NCBI GenBank assembly: GCA_963755125.1
Contig: CAVWIP010000012.1
Span: 32,001-96,000 of the forward strand
DNA length: 64,000 nucleotides
Source: an uncultured delta proteobacterium
Lineage (GTDB): Bacteria > Myxococcota_A > Polyangia > Fen-1088
Direction of reading: 5' to 3'
Shown here: piece after piece, positions 39,285 to 49,367 of the stretch
Layout of the letters: the number at the start of each line of letters is the position of its first letter
Numbering within the stretch: the first letter of the stretch is position 1
The notes under the pieces: generated by a model
Seen by the model: the letters and a program-made list of their open reading frames with translations, nothing else
What the model was told of the DNA's origin: nothing
Databases searched by the model: none
Position numbers and translations under genes: made by a program

Positions 39285-41654
39285 TCACGACCGCCTCCGA
39301 CCCGGACGCCGCACCAGCGCCAGCGCGAGGAGCGCGAGCGCCGACAGCAGCGTGACCGATGCGCCGGCCCGCAAGCCGGCCGGTGAATACGCGAGCACAA
39401 TGGTGTGACTGCCCGGCTCGACGGCAATCGCCCGCATGTTCAGGTTGGCGCGCAGCACTGGCGCTGGCCGGCCGTCCACCGTCGCGCTCCACCCCTGGTC
39501 GTACTGCTCGTTGAAGACGGCCAGCGCGTGCTGCCCAGCAGCACAGTCGGCCTCCAGGCGTAGATTGCCAAACGACTCCAGCCGGCAGGTGCCGGCCCGG
39601 CCCGCCGGAACCAGCAACGGATGGGCCTCCGTGCTGGGCGCCAACCACACGCTCTCGCCCGCGACGACTGACGGCTCGTACAAACGGGACAGCGCGATCG
39701 AGTCGGGCACGACCTCGGCGTGGGCAGCCAGAAACACGCGCGGCAGGCTGTCCGTCACGCGATAAAGCCGCGCGCCCGGCAAGGGATCAGAAAGCGACTG
39801 TATGCCAGTGCGCGCGGGGATCGGCCCGTGCGGATCGCGCACTGGCAGCAGCACGTAGTCGACCCCAAAGAGCCGCAGGGCCGCCAAACGATCGACCTGG
39901 CCCGCTGCCCACGCGCGTTGCAGACGACTGGGAATGGCCGCGTCGTAGCCCGGCACCATGGCGATGCCCCATGCGTTGGCCGTGTTGGTGACCAGCGTCT
40001 GCAGCAGTCGGGCCTCGCCTTGCGCGTGGTTCGATGCCTGGGTCCACGCCATCACCGTGCCGGTCACCGCCTCCGAGCGGAACAGCCGGGGCGGCTCGGC
40101 ATGACCAGCATGATCGGCCAGAACCGTCTGCGCTGCCCGTGGCTTGGCAGCAGCCAGCTCGCGCGGCACAAAACCCAGCAAGGGCCAGCAAGCTGCCGCC
40201 AGGTCCAGCGCCACCGTCATTACGAGCAACCCGGGCGCCAGACGCGACCCCCGCGCGGCGAGAACCTGGACCCCTAGCACCGCGAGCACGGCAACGGCCC
40301 CGTGGCGCAGCCCATGCACCATGTACCCGGACCAGGGAAACGGAAAAACGAAGGGCGACGCGATCCCGAACCCGACGATCAATGCGAGGAGGATCGCAGT
40401 CCGGCGCCAGGGTTGCTCCCGTCCAGACAGGATCCGACGGCTGCCTTCACTGGCCAGAAGCGCAAGCCCGAGCACGGCAAGGATCGTGTATTTCTCCGGC
40501 GCGCGCATGAAGGAAAACGGGAACAGCACGCGCCGGAGAACGGCGTGCACAGGCAAGTGCTTGCCCAAGGCGACGAGCAAGGCAAAGCCGCTCAGCCCAG
40601 CTAGGGCAAGCACAAAGGGGCGTTTGCGGCGGAAAGCAGCCAGCGCCAAGGCCAGCACGCTGGCGCCCATGTACACGCTGTATGAAAGCGGCAAGCCGTC
40701 TGTTCTCGCCTCGCCCACCCAGCGGCTGGCCGGATATTCGCCGTAGGCATCGCCCATGGAGCCCGGCGCGACGAACTCAATGAAACGCAGCGGGTGCAAC
40801 GAGTGCACCTCGGACTCCGCACGCGAAAGCGGCGCTGCCCGATCGCTGCCCGACATGTGCGCGCGCGCCGGAACCAGCACCACCGCCCCCACGCCGCCAG
40901 CGAGCAGCAGGGCCAGCGCGACCGCAGCAGCCCAGCGACGGGAAAAGCGGGGCAAGGCAGGGTCGGCATGCCGTTCGAGAATCTGCGCGGAGGCCAGCAA
41001 CGCCAGGGCGAAGCCCACGCCCATCATGGCCAGGAACAACTCGCCCATCAGAAGGGCCAATGCCGTGGGCAGGGCGGCCTTGACCACGCCCAGGCGCCAG
41101 CGACGGGCCCCGGCGCGCAAACTGTCGAGCAGCGCCAGTTGCCCCACCGCTGCCCAGGGAATCCACGCGGCCGCGTGCAGGCGCAGGCCCGCTGTCCACT
41201 GCGAGGTCAGGTAGCCCGACAAAGCCCAGGCGAGCGCCGCCACCATCGCCGACACGGGCGTTGCCCGGAATCGCCGCGCCAGCCAGAACACGCCCGCGCT
41301 GCCCCACAGGAGGTGCGCGAAGTCCTGCCAGGTGAGCATGGCGCCGACCCAATTGCGGCCAACCAGCAGGAACAGCCAGTTGGGAGGATAGAACACGCCG
41401 TACAGCGGATTGGACAGGACGGGAAGACCCAGCCCCTGCAGCGGATTCCAGGCCGGCAACTCTCCACGCAGCAGGGAATCGCGCACGAAGATCCGGGCCG
41501 GGAAGATCCAGTGCGCGATGTCGCGAAAGAAAACGATCCGTCCGAAAAAGATCGGCACGTACACCACGGCCAGCGCCAGCGCGACCCAGAGAAAGGCGCG
41601 CCACGCGGAGTGCGAAGCCTTGCCTGGTTGGTCGGATGATGGATCCGCGTTCAC
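39285..41654 (-). CDS. YfhO-like polytopic membrane protein, tandem paralog
   Basis: Same motifs: RDIAHW, GELPAWNP, FYPPNW, RAPEKY, YDQGWSATVDG..RANLNMRAI. Confidence 0.85.
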   Translation of the reverse strand: MNADPSSDQPGKASHSAWRAFLWVALALAVVYVPIFFGRIVFFRDIAHWIFPARIFVRDSLLRGELPAWNPLQGLGLPVLSNPLYGVFYPPNWLFLLVGRNWVGAMLTWQDFAHLLWGSAGVFWLARRFRATPVSAMVAALAWALSGYLTSQWTAGLRLHAAAWIPWAAVGQLALLDSLRAGARRWRLGVVKAALPTALALLMGELFLAMMGVGFALALLASAQILERHADPALPRFSRRWAAAVALALLLAGGVGAVVLVPARAHMSGSDRAAPLSRAESEVHSLHPLRFIEFVAPGSMGDAYGEYPASRWVGEARTDGLPLSYSVYMGASVLALALAAFRRKRPFVLALAGLSGFALLVALGKHLPVHAVLRRVLFPFSFMRAPEKYTILAVLGLALLASEGSRRILSGREQPWRRTAILLALIVGFGIASPFVFPFPWSGYMVHGLRHGAVAVLAVLGVQVLAARGSRLAPGLLVMTVALDLAAACWPLLGFVPRELAAAKPRAAQTVLADHAGHAEPPRLFRSEAVTGTVMAWTQASNHAQGEARLLQTLVTNTANAWGIAMVPGYDAAIPSRLQRAWAAGQVDRLAALRLFGVDYVLLPVRDPHGPIPARTGIQSLSDPLPGARLYRVTDSLPRVFLAAHAEVVPDSIALSRLYEPSVVAGESVWLAPSTEAHPLLVPAGRAGTCRLESFGNLRLEADCAAGQHALAVFNEQYDQGWSATVDGRPAPVLRANLNMRAIAVEPGSHTIVLAYSPAGLRAGASVTLLSALALLALALVRRPGRRRS

Positions 41655-41755
41655 GATGATCTCGCCAGCGCCATCATACCGCCGAGGCGGCGACCACGGT
41701 CGCTGATCTCCCCGCCCTGCTTCGCCGACTGTGCCAGAAGTGGTACTATTCCTGC

Positions 41756-42178
41756 GTGACCGTAGAGGAGCTGACAGGCCGTCTGATCGCTGCGCTGCAA
41801 GGACGGCCCGAGGTGCGCTTGGCATTTCTCTTTGGCTCGGCGGTCACCCGGGGTCCGGATCTCGCCCGCGACCTCGATGTGGCGGTCGCGTTCGCACAGC
41901 CCCTGTCGCTGCTGCAGCAGTGCGCGCTGTGCGCCCAGCTCGAACAAATCGTGGGGCGCGAGATCGATCTGGTCGACCTCGACGGCGCTTCCACCCTGTT
42001 GCGCTGGGAGGTGGTCCGCAACGGCATCGCGCTGGCGGCAAAAGACAGGCGTGACCTCGTCGATTTCCGCGCCCGCGTGCCGCTCGAGTACTTCGATCTT
42101 CAGCCGTACCTCGAACGCGAGGCCGACGGGCTTCGCCGTGCTCTGGAGAAATCCCGATGGTCCGCGTCGACCTCGTGA
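41756..42178 (+). CDS. mntA: MntA-type adenylyltransferase antitoxin
   Basis: FLFGS-X10-DLD motif, EIDLVDL; overlaps the downstream HEPN gene. Confidence 0.88.
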   Translation: MTVEELTGRLIAALQGRPEVRLAFLFGSAVTRGPDLARDLDVAVAFAQPLSLLQQCALCAQLEQIVGREIDLVDLDGASTLLRWEVVRNGIALAAKDRRDLVDFRARVPLEYFDLQPYLEREADGLRRALEKSRWSASTS

Positions 42179-42585
42179 GGGACAAGATTGGGCGCCTGCG
42201 CGACACAGCGGCGTGGCTGCGCGCGTGTCTTCCCGAGCAAGCTTCCGCGATGGCTGCCAGCCGCGATGTGCGCGATCTGGTGTCGTTCCGCGTGTACCTG
42301 GTCATGCAGGAAGCCATCGACCTGTGCTCGCACGTCATTGCCGACCAGGGTTGGGGGCCGGTCCCCAGCCTGCGAGACCATTTCGGCCTGCTGGCCGAGA
42401 AGGGCGTGCTGTCTTCCGACCTGGCCGGTCGTCTTTCCGCGGGAGTGAAGTTGCGAAACCTGGTCGGCCACGGCTACGCCGAGGTGGACCCCACCAAGAT
42501 GCAGGCGGCCGCGAGCGAGCTCGCGGGGCTGGTCGACCCGTTCTGCAACGCCATCCTCGCCTTCGCCGAGAGTCACCCGTCCTGA
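42157..42585 (+). CDS. hepT: HepT-like HEPN/DUF86 RNase toxin
   Basis: LRNLVGHGY (RX4HXY), EAIDLCSHVI. Confidence 0.88.
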   Translation: MVRVDLVRDKIGRLRDTAAWLRACLPEQASAMAASRDVRDLVSFRVYLVMQEAIDLCSHVIADQGWGPVPSLRDHFGLLAEKGVLSSDLAGRLSAGVKLRNLVGHGYAEVDPTKMQAAASELAGLVDPFCNAILAFAESHPS

Positions 42586-43133
42586 TCTGAACGGCGCCGA
42601 CGGAGGGTCCGCCTGGCCCTATTCGCCCGAGGTCCTCGACGGTGCTGCCGCTCATAGAACAACGTGCCTGCTTCGTAGTCCGCGACATTCCCCGGTTCGA
42701 TGTCAACCCGCTTCTTTCGTTCGTTGAAGTGGAGGCTCGGCCCCGCGGCGCGTATCAACAGGGTCTCGACCTCACGCTCGTGGATCTCTTCATCCATGAC
42801 GTAAAACGAAAAATAGAGGAGTTCACGTTGGTGCTTTTTCCAGTGGCTATTGAGGCGCCCGAAAATGTCGCCCCGTCCGATGTAGCGGGGCGTGCCCATC
42901 GAATCGTGCGCGACCTAGACGCCACTTACGCCCACGACCCTATACTTGAGGTCTGCCGCCACTTTTTCTAGCGCTTCAAACGGGATCTTTTCGGCGACAA
43001 CCCTGAAGAGGCTCTTAGTTCTTCCGGGATTGCCAGGCTTGCGGTGCAGATCTCCTTGGACGACATTCCGCTTTCCGTCGGTCCAGACGGTCAACGACAC
43101 CTTCTTGTTGGCCGATTTCTTGCGGATTATCAT
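42573..43133 (-). pseudogene. GIY-YIG nuclease family protein with in-frame TAG at 42915-42917
   Basis: The two track ORFs are in one frame: ...GV*VAHDSMGTPRYIGRG..FGRLNSH...EREVETLLIR..HFN; GAGGAG RBS before ATG 43133. Confidence 0.8.
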
Positions 43134-43217
43134 CTGCAAAGCTCCTCTTGCGCCTCGGCTAGCGTGACTTCGTCATCGGCAGCAGCATCCCGCCGCTCAC
43201 CAGTTTTCGCAAGCGAC

Positions 43218-44336
43218 TCAGAAGACCGCGCCGCCCGCTCTTGTCGCAGCCAACGTTCCGCAGGCGGCGCCGATTTCGCGGCCGCCAGCGTAACGGCGAG
43301 ATACGGGAATGTGATGAGCCAGAAGCTCGTCGCGAAATTCCCGGACTTCGTCCTCGGTCGGCGGCTGATAACGGCCGGAATTGTCGTTGACGTCGATGAG
43401 CGTGACCTTGGCACGCAGGCCGGACAACAGTTCCGCCAGCTTGCGCGCATCTTCGCGTTTCATGTTCACGCCGGAGATCCCGACATACGCGAAAGTCACC
43501 CGGCCGCCACAAGAAGCGGCGTACTCGCGCGCGGCTGCCATCACGTCGGCCAGCGGCCAGCGCTTCTCCGCCGGCATCAGCGGCAGGCGTGCCTCGCCAG
43601 TGGCCGCGGCCAATGAAATGATCAACCGGAAGCGATGTCCCTCGGCCGCGAAGCGCCGGATGGCCGGCGCCACGCCCACCGTCGAGATAGAAATGGACTC
43701 GCCCGCAATGGCCGGGCCGGCAGGGTGCGACAGGATCTGCGCCGCGCGAATCACATTGTCGTAGTTGAGCAGGGGCTCGCCCATGCCGAGGAAAAGCACG
43801 CCGCTGACCGGATGGTCGGCCTCGACCCGCATGGCCCGCACCTGGGCCAACATTTCCCACACCGCCAGGTCGCGCGCGCCGCCCGCGGGCCGCAGCCGGC
43901 CGGTGGCGCAGAAGTCGCACGCCAGGGCGCAGCCGAGCTGCGAGCTGATACACAGCGTGTATTTCGCCGTGGGCAGCGCCACCAGCCCGGTTGCCTCGCC
44001 GCGCTGGCGGCGTTGCTTGAGCTCCCGCGCGTCGCCCGGATCAGGCAGTGGAATGCGCACCGCCTCGATCAAACCGCCGTCGGGCAACCCGAAAAGGTAT
44101 TTCACGAAGCTATCCGTGGCCCGCCTTCGTTCCACGATCTCCAACTCAGGAAAGATCGCGTCCGCGGCCAGTGCCCGGCGGATTGTGGCGGAAAGCCAGT
44201 CCATTCCGTCGACGCTGGCCACGCCACCCCGATGCACGGCCGCGAAGACACGAGCGGCCTTGGCCGCATCAACCCCGTAGCCGGCCAGCGCCGCGCCCGT
44301 GGCAGGCAAGTCGAGGTCGCGCAGGTTGAGAGGCAT
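43218..44336 (-). CDS. rlmN: RlmN-family radical SAM RNA methyltransferase
   Basis: TLCISSQLGCALACDFCATG, GMGEPLLN, ISTVG, IGAACG. Confidence 0.85.
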   Translation of the reverse strand: MPLNLRDLDLPATGAALAGYGVDAAKAARVFAAVHRGGVASVDGMDWLSATIRRALAADAIFPELEIVERRRATDSFVKYLFGLPDGGLIEAVRIPLPDPGDARELKQRRQRGEATGLVALPTAKYTLCISSQLGCALACDFCATGRLRPAGGARDLAVWEMLAQVRAMRVEADHPVSGVLFLGMGEPLLNYDNVIRAAQILSHPAGPAIAGESISISTVGVAPAIRRFAAEGHRFRLIISLAAATGEARLPLMPAEKRWPLADVMAAAREYAASCGGRVTFAYVGISGVNMKREDARKLAELLSGLRAKVTLIDVNDNSGRYQPPTEDEVREFRDELLAHHIPVSRRYAGGREIGAACGTLAATRAGGAVF

Positions 44337-44354
44337 TGACCCGACGAACGGCCC

Positions 44355-45671
44355 CTACCCTCCCCGCACAGGGGGCGTGCGATCGCGCGCGTGCAAGAGG
44401 TCGAGCGGCGGCGCCTCGTTCTCGACCACGTAGCCAAACTGCCGCCTGAACTCCTCGGCCGACAGCTTGGGATTGCAAACCCCGCCGAACTTGGTCAGCA
44501 CGGCCGGGTCGTCGAAGTCGTCGCGCCGCAGCCGGATCATGTAGCGCCGGGCGATGGCGTAGCGGGTGGAACGCGTATCCACCATGCGCAGACGCGTGCG
44601 GCCGGTCCCGGGATCCAACATCTGGGCAAAGGGGATGGGCACGAAGTTGCCCGCCTGCAGGGAGACCATGGCTGCGTTGCCGCCCGAGAAGAGGAACTTG
44701 GCCGCGCAGTAGCCCAGATCGCGCGTGTACTCCATGTCGAAAGGAATGGGGTCCGCGCAGCGCAGTTCGTAGCCGATGTCCTTGGACACCAGGCTGGGCT
44801 TGTTCACGCCCAGATCCTTGAGCCGCCGGCTGGTTGCCTTCTTCAGCCCGTCGCCCAGGTTCAGCTCGGATCGCGGCAGGTTGCCGGACTCGTCGCGCTC
44901 GATGGGCCCGAGCTTCTTGAGATCCTCCTCGGGAATGCTCTCGGCCAGGCCTTCGGCCAGCACCGCCACGCCGTAGCGCCGCCCCTCGGCCAGACGCTTG
45001 ATGACCGCGCCGGCCAGGATGTCCACCAGCGTCCGCAGCGTGGTCTTGCAGCGGGGGAACTCCTCGGGAATCACGGTCATGGTGGCGCCGGTTGCCTTGC
45101 CGATGCCCAGTGCCAGGTGCCCGGCCTTGCGTCCCATGGCCACCACGAAATACCAGCGCGAGGTGGTCTTGGCGTCGGCCATCAGGTTCTTCACCAGCTC
45201 CACGCCGATGGAACGCGCGGTCTGGTAGCCGAAGGTGTCGACCATGGGGTCGAGGTCGAGATCGTTGTCGATGGTCTTGGGCACATGCACCACGCGGATC
45301 TTGCCCGCGGCTCGCTCGGACACCTTCATCGCCGAGAACGCAGTGTCATCGCCGCCGATGGTGATGAGCTGGGTCACGCCCAGCCGATGCAGGGAATCCA
45401 CCACCGCGCCGATGTCCTCGTCCTTCTTGGTGGGATTCGCGCGCGAGGTGCCCAGGATGGACCCGCCGGTGAAGTGAATGCGGCTGACGTCCCCTATCTG
45501 CAACGGTTTGATGTCCTCCAGCCTGCCCCTCATCAGGCGGTCGAACCCGTCGCGAATGCCCAGCACCTCCACGCCCTGCAGGAGCGCGCGGATCGTGGCA
45601 GCGCTGATCACGCTGTTGATGCCGGGGGCTGGGCCGCCGCCGACCAAGATTCCAAGCTTCTCCCTTGACAC
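44355..45671 (-). CDS. pfp: Pyrophosphate-dependent phosphofructokinase
   Basis: GGPAPG, IGGDDT, PKTIDND, MGR, GYELRC. Confidence 0.92.
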   Translation of the reverse strand: MSREKLGILVGGGPAPGINSVISAATIRALLQGVEVLGIRDGFDRLMRGRLEDIKPLQIGDVSRIHFTGGSILGTSRANPTKKDEDIGAVVDSLHRLGVTQLITIGGDDTAFSAMKVSERAAGKIRVVHVPKTIDNDLDLDPMVDTFGYQTARSIGVELVKNLMADAKTTSRWYFVVAMGRKAGHLALGIGKATGATMTVIPEEFPRCKTTLRTLVDILAGAVIKRLAEGRRYGVAVLAEGLAESIPEEDLKKLGPIERDESGNLPRSELNLGDGLKKATSRRLKDLGVNKPSLVSKDIGYELRCADPIPFDMEYTRDLGYCAAKFLFSGGNAAMVSLQAGNFVPIPFAQMLDPGTGRTRLRMVDTRSTRYAIARRYMIRLRRDDFDDPAVLTKFGGVCNPKLSAEEFRRQFGYVVENEAPPLDLLHARDRTPPVRGG

Positions 45672-45918
45672 GTTGAACGACTCCTTGCTGCTGTCCGCTA
45701 GGCGCGGGCGAACCCTAGCATAGGGCGGACTTGGGGCTGCAACCAAGGTGAGGGGGTGATTCAAAGAACTGGCCGCAGTCGAGCACACGGGGGGTGGGTG
45801 TCATCGGTGGTCGCGCCCTGCAATTTGTTGGCCTCCGCCGTCCACTGGCTATGTGGTACGATTTATTGTTTGGGGCCGAATCAAGCGTGGCGCGAGCTTC
45901 AGCACAAGGAGCGTTTTG

Positions 45919-47709
45919 ATGCGAATTCTGTTTGCCGTTATCGGGCTTTCTGCCCTGGCCGCGGCCTGTGACTCCCACTCGACTGGCAAGGTCAGCGCCT
46001 CCGATGGCGCGGTCGGGGTTGACGGCCGGGCGGGCGCCAGAAATGACGCTCTTCCGACCTCGGACTCCGCCGGCAACGTGAGGCGCACCGGCAGCGACGC
46101 TGCTCCGGCTGACGTGGGAAGTCTCGGCGGCGCGGGAAGCCCTGGTGGCACAACAGCGACGGGCGTTGGCGGCTCCGGCGGCGCTGACAGCAGCAGTGCG
46201 AGCGCTGCCGCCGGCGGCGCTTCTGGCAGAGATGGCCCGACTGCCACCGGCGGCCCCAGCACGCCTGACGGGCCCGTGGCAGCAGGAGGCACGGGCGGAG
46301 GCAGCAGCGCGGAAACCACCGGAAGCGCGGGCACCACCAGTGCCGGAGGCACGTCCGCCAGCGCGGGGAAGACCGCCACCGCGGGTGCGACCGGCATGGG
46401 AGGCACCACCGCGATCGCGGGTACCTCCGGCACCGCGGGCGCGTCCGGCAGGGGAGGCACCACCGCGACCGCGGGTACCTCCGGCGCGGGGGGCACGACC
46501 ACCACCGCCGGTATGACCGCGACTGCGGGCACCTCCGCGACCGCGGGCACGACCGCCACCGCGGGTACCTCCGGCATTGCCACGCCTGCCGACAACGTGG
46601 CCCAGGTCTCCGTGGACTTTGGGCTGCCCAACATCGGCTACCTCAACGGTCTGTTTGCGACCATAACCATCTGCGTTCCTGGAACCAGCACCTGTCAAAA
46701 CGTCGACCATGTGCTGATCGACACTGGCTCCTCGGGCTTGCGCGTGCTCGGGTCGGTGCTGACGCTCTCGCTGCCAGCCTGGACGAATAGCAGCGGGGTC
46801 GCTCTTGCCGAGTGCACCCAGTTTGTGGACAGCTTCACCTGGGGCCCGCTGCGCGGCGCCGATTTCAGCATCGCGGGCGAGCAGGCCAACGGTCTCGCTC
46901 TGCAGGTCATCGAGGAGTCGACCTACCCTGTGCCGAGCAACTGCACGGGCGTCGCCAACGACACCGCCAGCACGTTGAGAGCCAACGGCATTCTCGGGCT
47001 GAGCTCATTCCCGCAGGACTGCGGGTCGGCCTGCTCGGCGCGCTTGGGCAGGACTTCGAGCAATCCGGGGATGTACTACACCTGCACTTCAGCCGAGGCG
47101 GGTGGCTGCCAGGCCGCAGCCGTGCCGGTGGCCAAGCAACTGCAGAATCCCGTCTTGCTCTTCAGCCAGGACAACAACGGCACCATCATCGAGTTGCCTG
47201 CGATTTCCGACAGTGGGGCAACCAGTGTGCCGGGAGCCCTGGTTTTTGGCATCGGCACACGTGACAACAATGGCCTGGGCCAGGCGTCGGTGCTGCAACT
47301 CGATGACACGGGCAGCTTTGTGACCAAGTACCCCACCAACGGCAGTAGTTCCTCTGCCTTCTTGGACAGCGGCTCCAACGCCTTCTACTTCGCGACCAGC
47401 GGCAGCGCGCGCATTGCGACCTGCGCAAAACCCTACTCCGGCTTCTACTGTCCCAGTTCCACTCTGAACCTGTCGGCCACGGATCAAGATGCCGGCGGCC
47501 TGGTCACGCTGACCGTGAACTTCAGCATCGCCAACGCGTTGGCGCTGTTTGCCAATCAGGACAACGTGGCCTTTGCAAATGTGGGTGGAACAAGCTCACT
47601 GGCTGGGTATTTCGACTGGGGCCTGCCTTTCTACTTCGGCAAGAACGTGTTCACCTCCATCGAAGGCCAGACGACTCCAGCAGGGACGGCAGCATTCGTC
47701 GCGTTCTGA
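45919..47709 (+). CDS. DUF3443-like lipoprotein with Gly/Thr/Ala linker (aspartic-protease-like motifs)
   Basis: Lipobox LAAAC; ITICVPGTSTCQ, VLIDTGSSGLR, NGILG, QDNNG, FLDSGSN, FDWGLPFYFG. Confidence 0.85.
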   Translation: MRILFAVIGLSALAAACDSHSTGKVSASDGAVGVDGRAGARNDALPTSDSAGNVRRTGSDAAPADVGSLGGAGSPGGTTATGVGGSGGADSSSASAAAGGASGRDGPTATGGPSTPDGPVAAGGTGGGSSAETTGSAGTTSAGGTSASAGKTATAGATGMGGTTAIAGTSGTAGASGRGGTTATAGTSGAGGTTTTAGMTATAGTSATAGTTATAGTSGIATPADNVAQVSVDFGLPNIGYLNGLFATITICVPGTSTCQNVDHVLIDTGSSGLRVLGSVLTLSLPAWTNSSGVALAECTQFVDSFTWGPLRGADFSIAGEQANGLALQVIEESTYPVPSNCTGVANDTASTLRANGILGLSSFPQDCGSACSARLGRTSSNPGMYYTCTSAEAGGCQAAAVPVAKQLQNPVLLFSQDNNGTIIELPAISDSGATSVPGALVFGIGTRDNNGLGQASVLQLDDTGSFVTKYPTNGSSSSAFLDSGSNAFYFATSGSARIATCAKPYSGFYCPSSTLNLSATDQDAGGLVTLTVNFSIANALALFANQDNVAFANVGGTSSLAGYFDWGLPFYFGKNVFTSIEGQTTPAGTAAFVAF

Positions 47710-47788
47710 GAGACCGGCCACGGCAGATCCCGCGGCGAACGGCGCGAGATCGTCTCCGCACTCACCCGCGGTGGAGAACGCAGAGGCT

Positions 47789-48379
47789 CTACTGGGGCAC
47801 CGACGGAGGGCTTTTCGCCTGGGCGACGGCTTCCTCGATGAGGCGAAGTTGCCGGCCGATCTGGTTCCGCACCTTGGGCACGATCTCGACATCGAAACGG
47901 ACGCGCAAAAGGTCGGCGGCGTCTTCGGATCGCGTGAGCCCAAGGCCGATCGCTGCATCGATTCGCACGTCAGGATCGGGATGCGCCAGCAGTGGGCCAA
48001 GTTGGCCCGGCACCAACGTGCCCCCGGCCCAACCCAACGCCAGGGCTGCCTTGCGCAAGAGGAGCTTGTCGCCCGCGTCGGTCGAGGACGCCTTCTGCTT
48101 CACCTCGGTCTCTAGGAACGTCCGGCCGGGCCTCGTGGAGACCACGCCCAGGGCGGTGACCGCGCGCGCGCGAAGCTGCAACTCAGTCTTGGCGTCCCCG
48201 GCGATCGCGATCAGGATCTCGTCGATCCCAGATCCCAGTGCTTGCCAGTCGGCTGCCGAGCGCGGCGGGGTGGTCGTCCGCAGACGGGCCTCGACCGCAG
48301 CTCGCCCAGGCCGGCCCGCAGGGGCAGCAGGCCCGGCCACCAGGACGCTCATAGCTGCGCTCAGCCAAACGACGAGCAT
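47789..48379 (-). CDS. Secreted HEAT-repeat protein
   Basis: Signal peptide; RARAVTALG, HPDPDVRIDAAIGLG. Confidence 0.75.
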   Translation of the reverse strand: MLVVWLSAAMSVLVAGPAAPAGRPGRAAVEARLRTTTPPRSAADWQALGSGIDEILIAIAGDAKTELQLRARAVTALGVVSTRPGRTFLETEVKQKASSTDAGDKLLLRKAALALGWAGGTLVPGQLGPLLAHPDPDVRIDAAIGLGLTRSEDAADLLRVRFDVEIVPKVRNQIGRQLRLIEEAVAQAKSPPSVPQ

Positions 48380-48458
48380 TGCACAACGTTAGCACGGCTT
48401 GGGTTATAGTCGCGCCCAACGGTGGTCTTGACCCACCGCCTAGTACCTGGAGGATGTG

Positions 48459-49367
48459 ATGGCTCGCCGCTTGATGATCGTAGCGTTCGCCCCGATGTTC
48501 ATTCTCGGCTTCGTCGCCACGGCCAGTGCGAAAAGCAAAGCCGTTCCAGCCCAACCGGACGAAGCACAACCGGCGGAGGCCACGGCTCCACCGGCAGAGG
48601 CCGCCGTCCAACCGGCCGAATCCCAGGCGCCGCCGGCCGCGGAAGCGCCGGTGGCCGCAGAAGGCGCGGCCTCGATGAGGCCGGTCAATCCCCCGCAATT
48701 CGGCGTGGATCTCCGGGCGCGCTGGATCACGCTGCCCAACTGGTTCCTCGGCATGTTCACCAAGGCCAACCGGGCGCTGTCGTCCTACGGCGTCGGTCTT
48801 GAAGGGTTCCGGCGCAAGCGAGACGCCGAGAACCCGAACCGGTACTGGGAGATCTCGTTTGGTGTGGGCTACCAGGACATGAGCCCGCCCGACGGGAACT
48901 GGCTGGGCAAGGGCCACGACGCGAGCGTCGACACGGATTGGGTCCAGTTCAAGAACTTCGGTTTCTGGACCTTTGACCTTTCCTTCACCCAACGCCAGTA
49001 TTTCAACGACGTCTTCGGCATCCACTATGGCGCCGGGCTGGGTCTGGCCATCGTTCAGGGCGACGTCCTGCGTACAAAGTCGTCGTATGGCTGCACCGAC
49101 CAGAACCTCACCACGTGCCGGCCGATAGTGTGCACCGGAGGCGTGTGCACGGAAGCCGAGTTGGCGAGCGCGCAGACGCCTCCTGGCAGCCCCGAGGTCC
49201 CGTACCGCTTCAGGGAAAACTCGATTCCGGGCGCGATCCCTGTCCTCAACTTGATCTTCGGGCTCGACTTCCGCGTCCCGCAAGTCAGGGGCCTCGAGTT
49301 CCGCATCGACGCCGGTTTCTTCGACGCCCTCTTCCTGGGCGGCAGCGCAGCGTACGTCTTCCCCTAG
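48459..49367 (+). CDS. Putative outer-membrane beta-barrel protein
   Basis: Signal peptide, Ala/Pro/Glu linker, amphipathic strands, Cys-rich loop, ends AYVFP. Confidence 0.65.
   Translation: MARRLMIVAFAPMFILGFVATASAKSKAVPAQPDEAQPAEATAPPAEAAVQPAESQAPPAAEAPVAAEGAASMRPVNPPQFGVDLRARWITLPNWFLGMFTKANRALSSYGVGLEGFRRKRDAENPNRYWEISFGVGYQDMSPPDGNWLGKGHDASVDTDWVQFKNFGFWTFDLSFTQRQYFNDVFGIHYGAGLGLAIVQGDVLRTKSSYGCTDQNLTTCRPIVCTGGVCTEAELASAQTPPGSPEVPYRFRENSIPGAIPVLNLIFGLDFRVPQVRGLEFRIDAGFFDALFLGGSAAYVFP

Noticed and set aside
42915..42917. Programmed amber readthrough (pyrrolysine or recoding)
   Set aside because: TAG is used as a normal stop by many genes here, and the position needs Tyr, which is one substitution away
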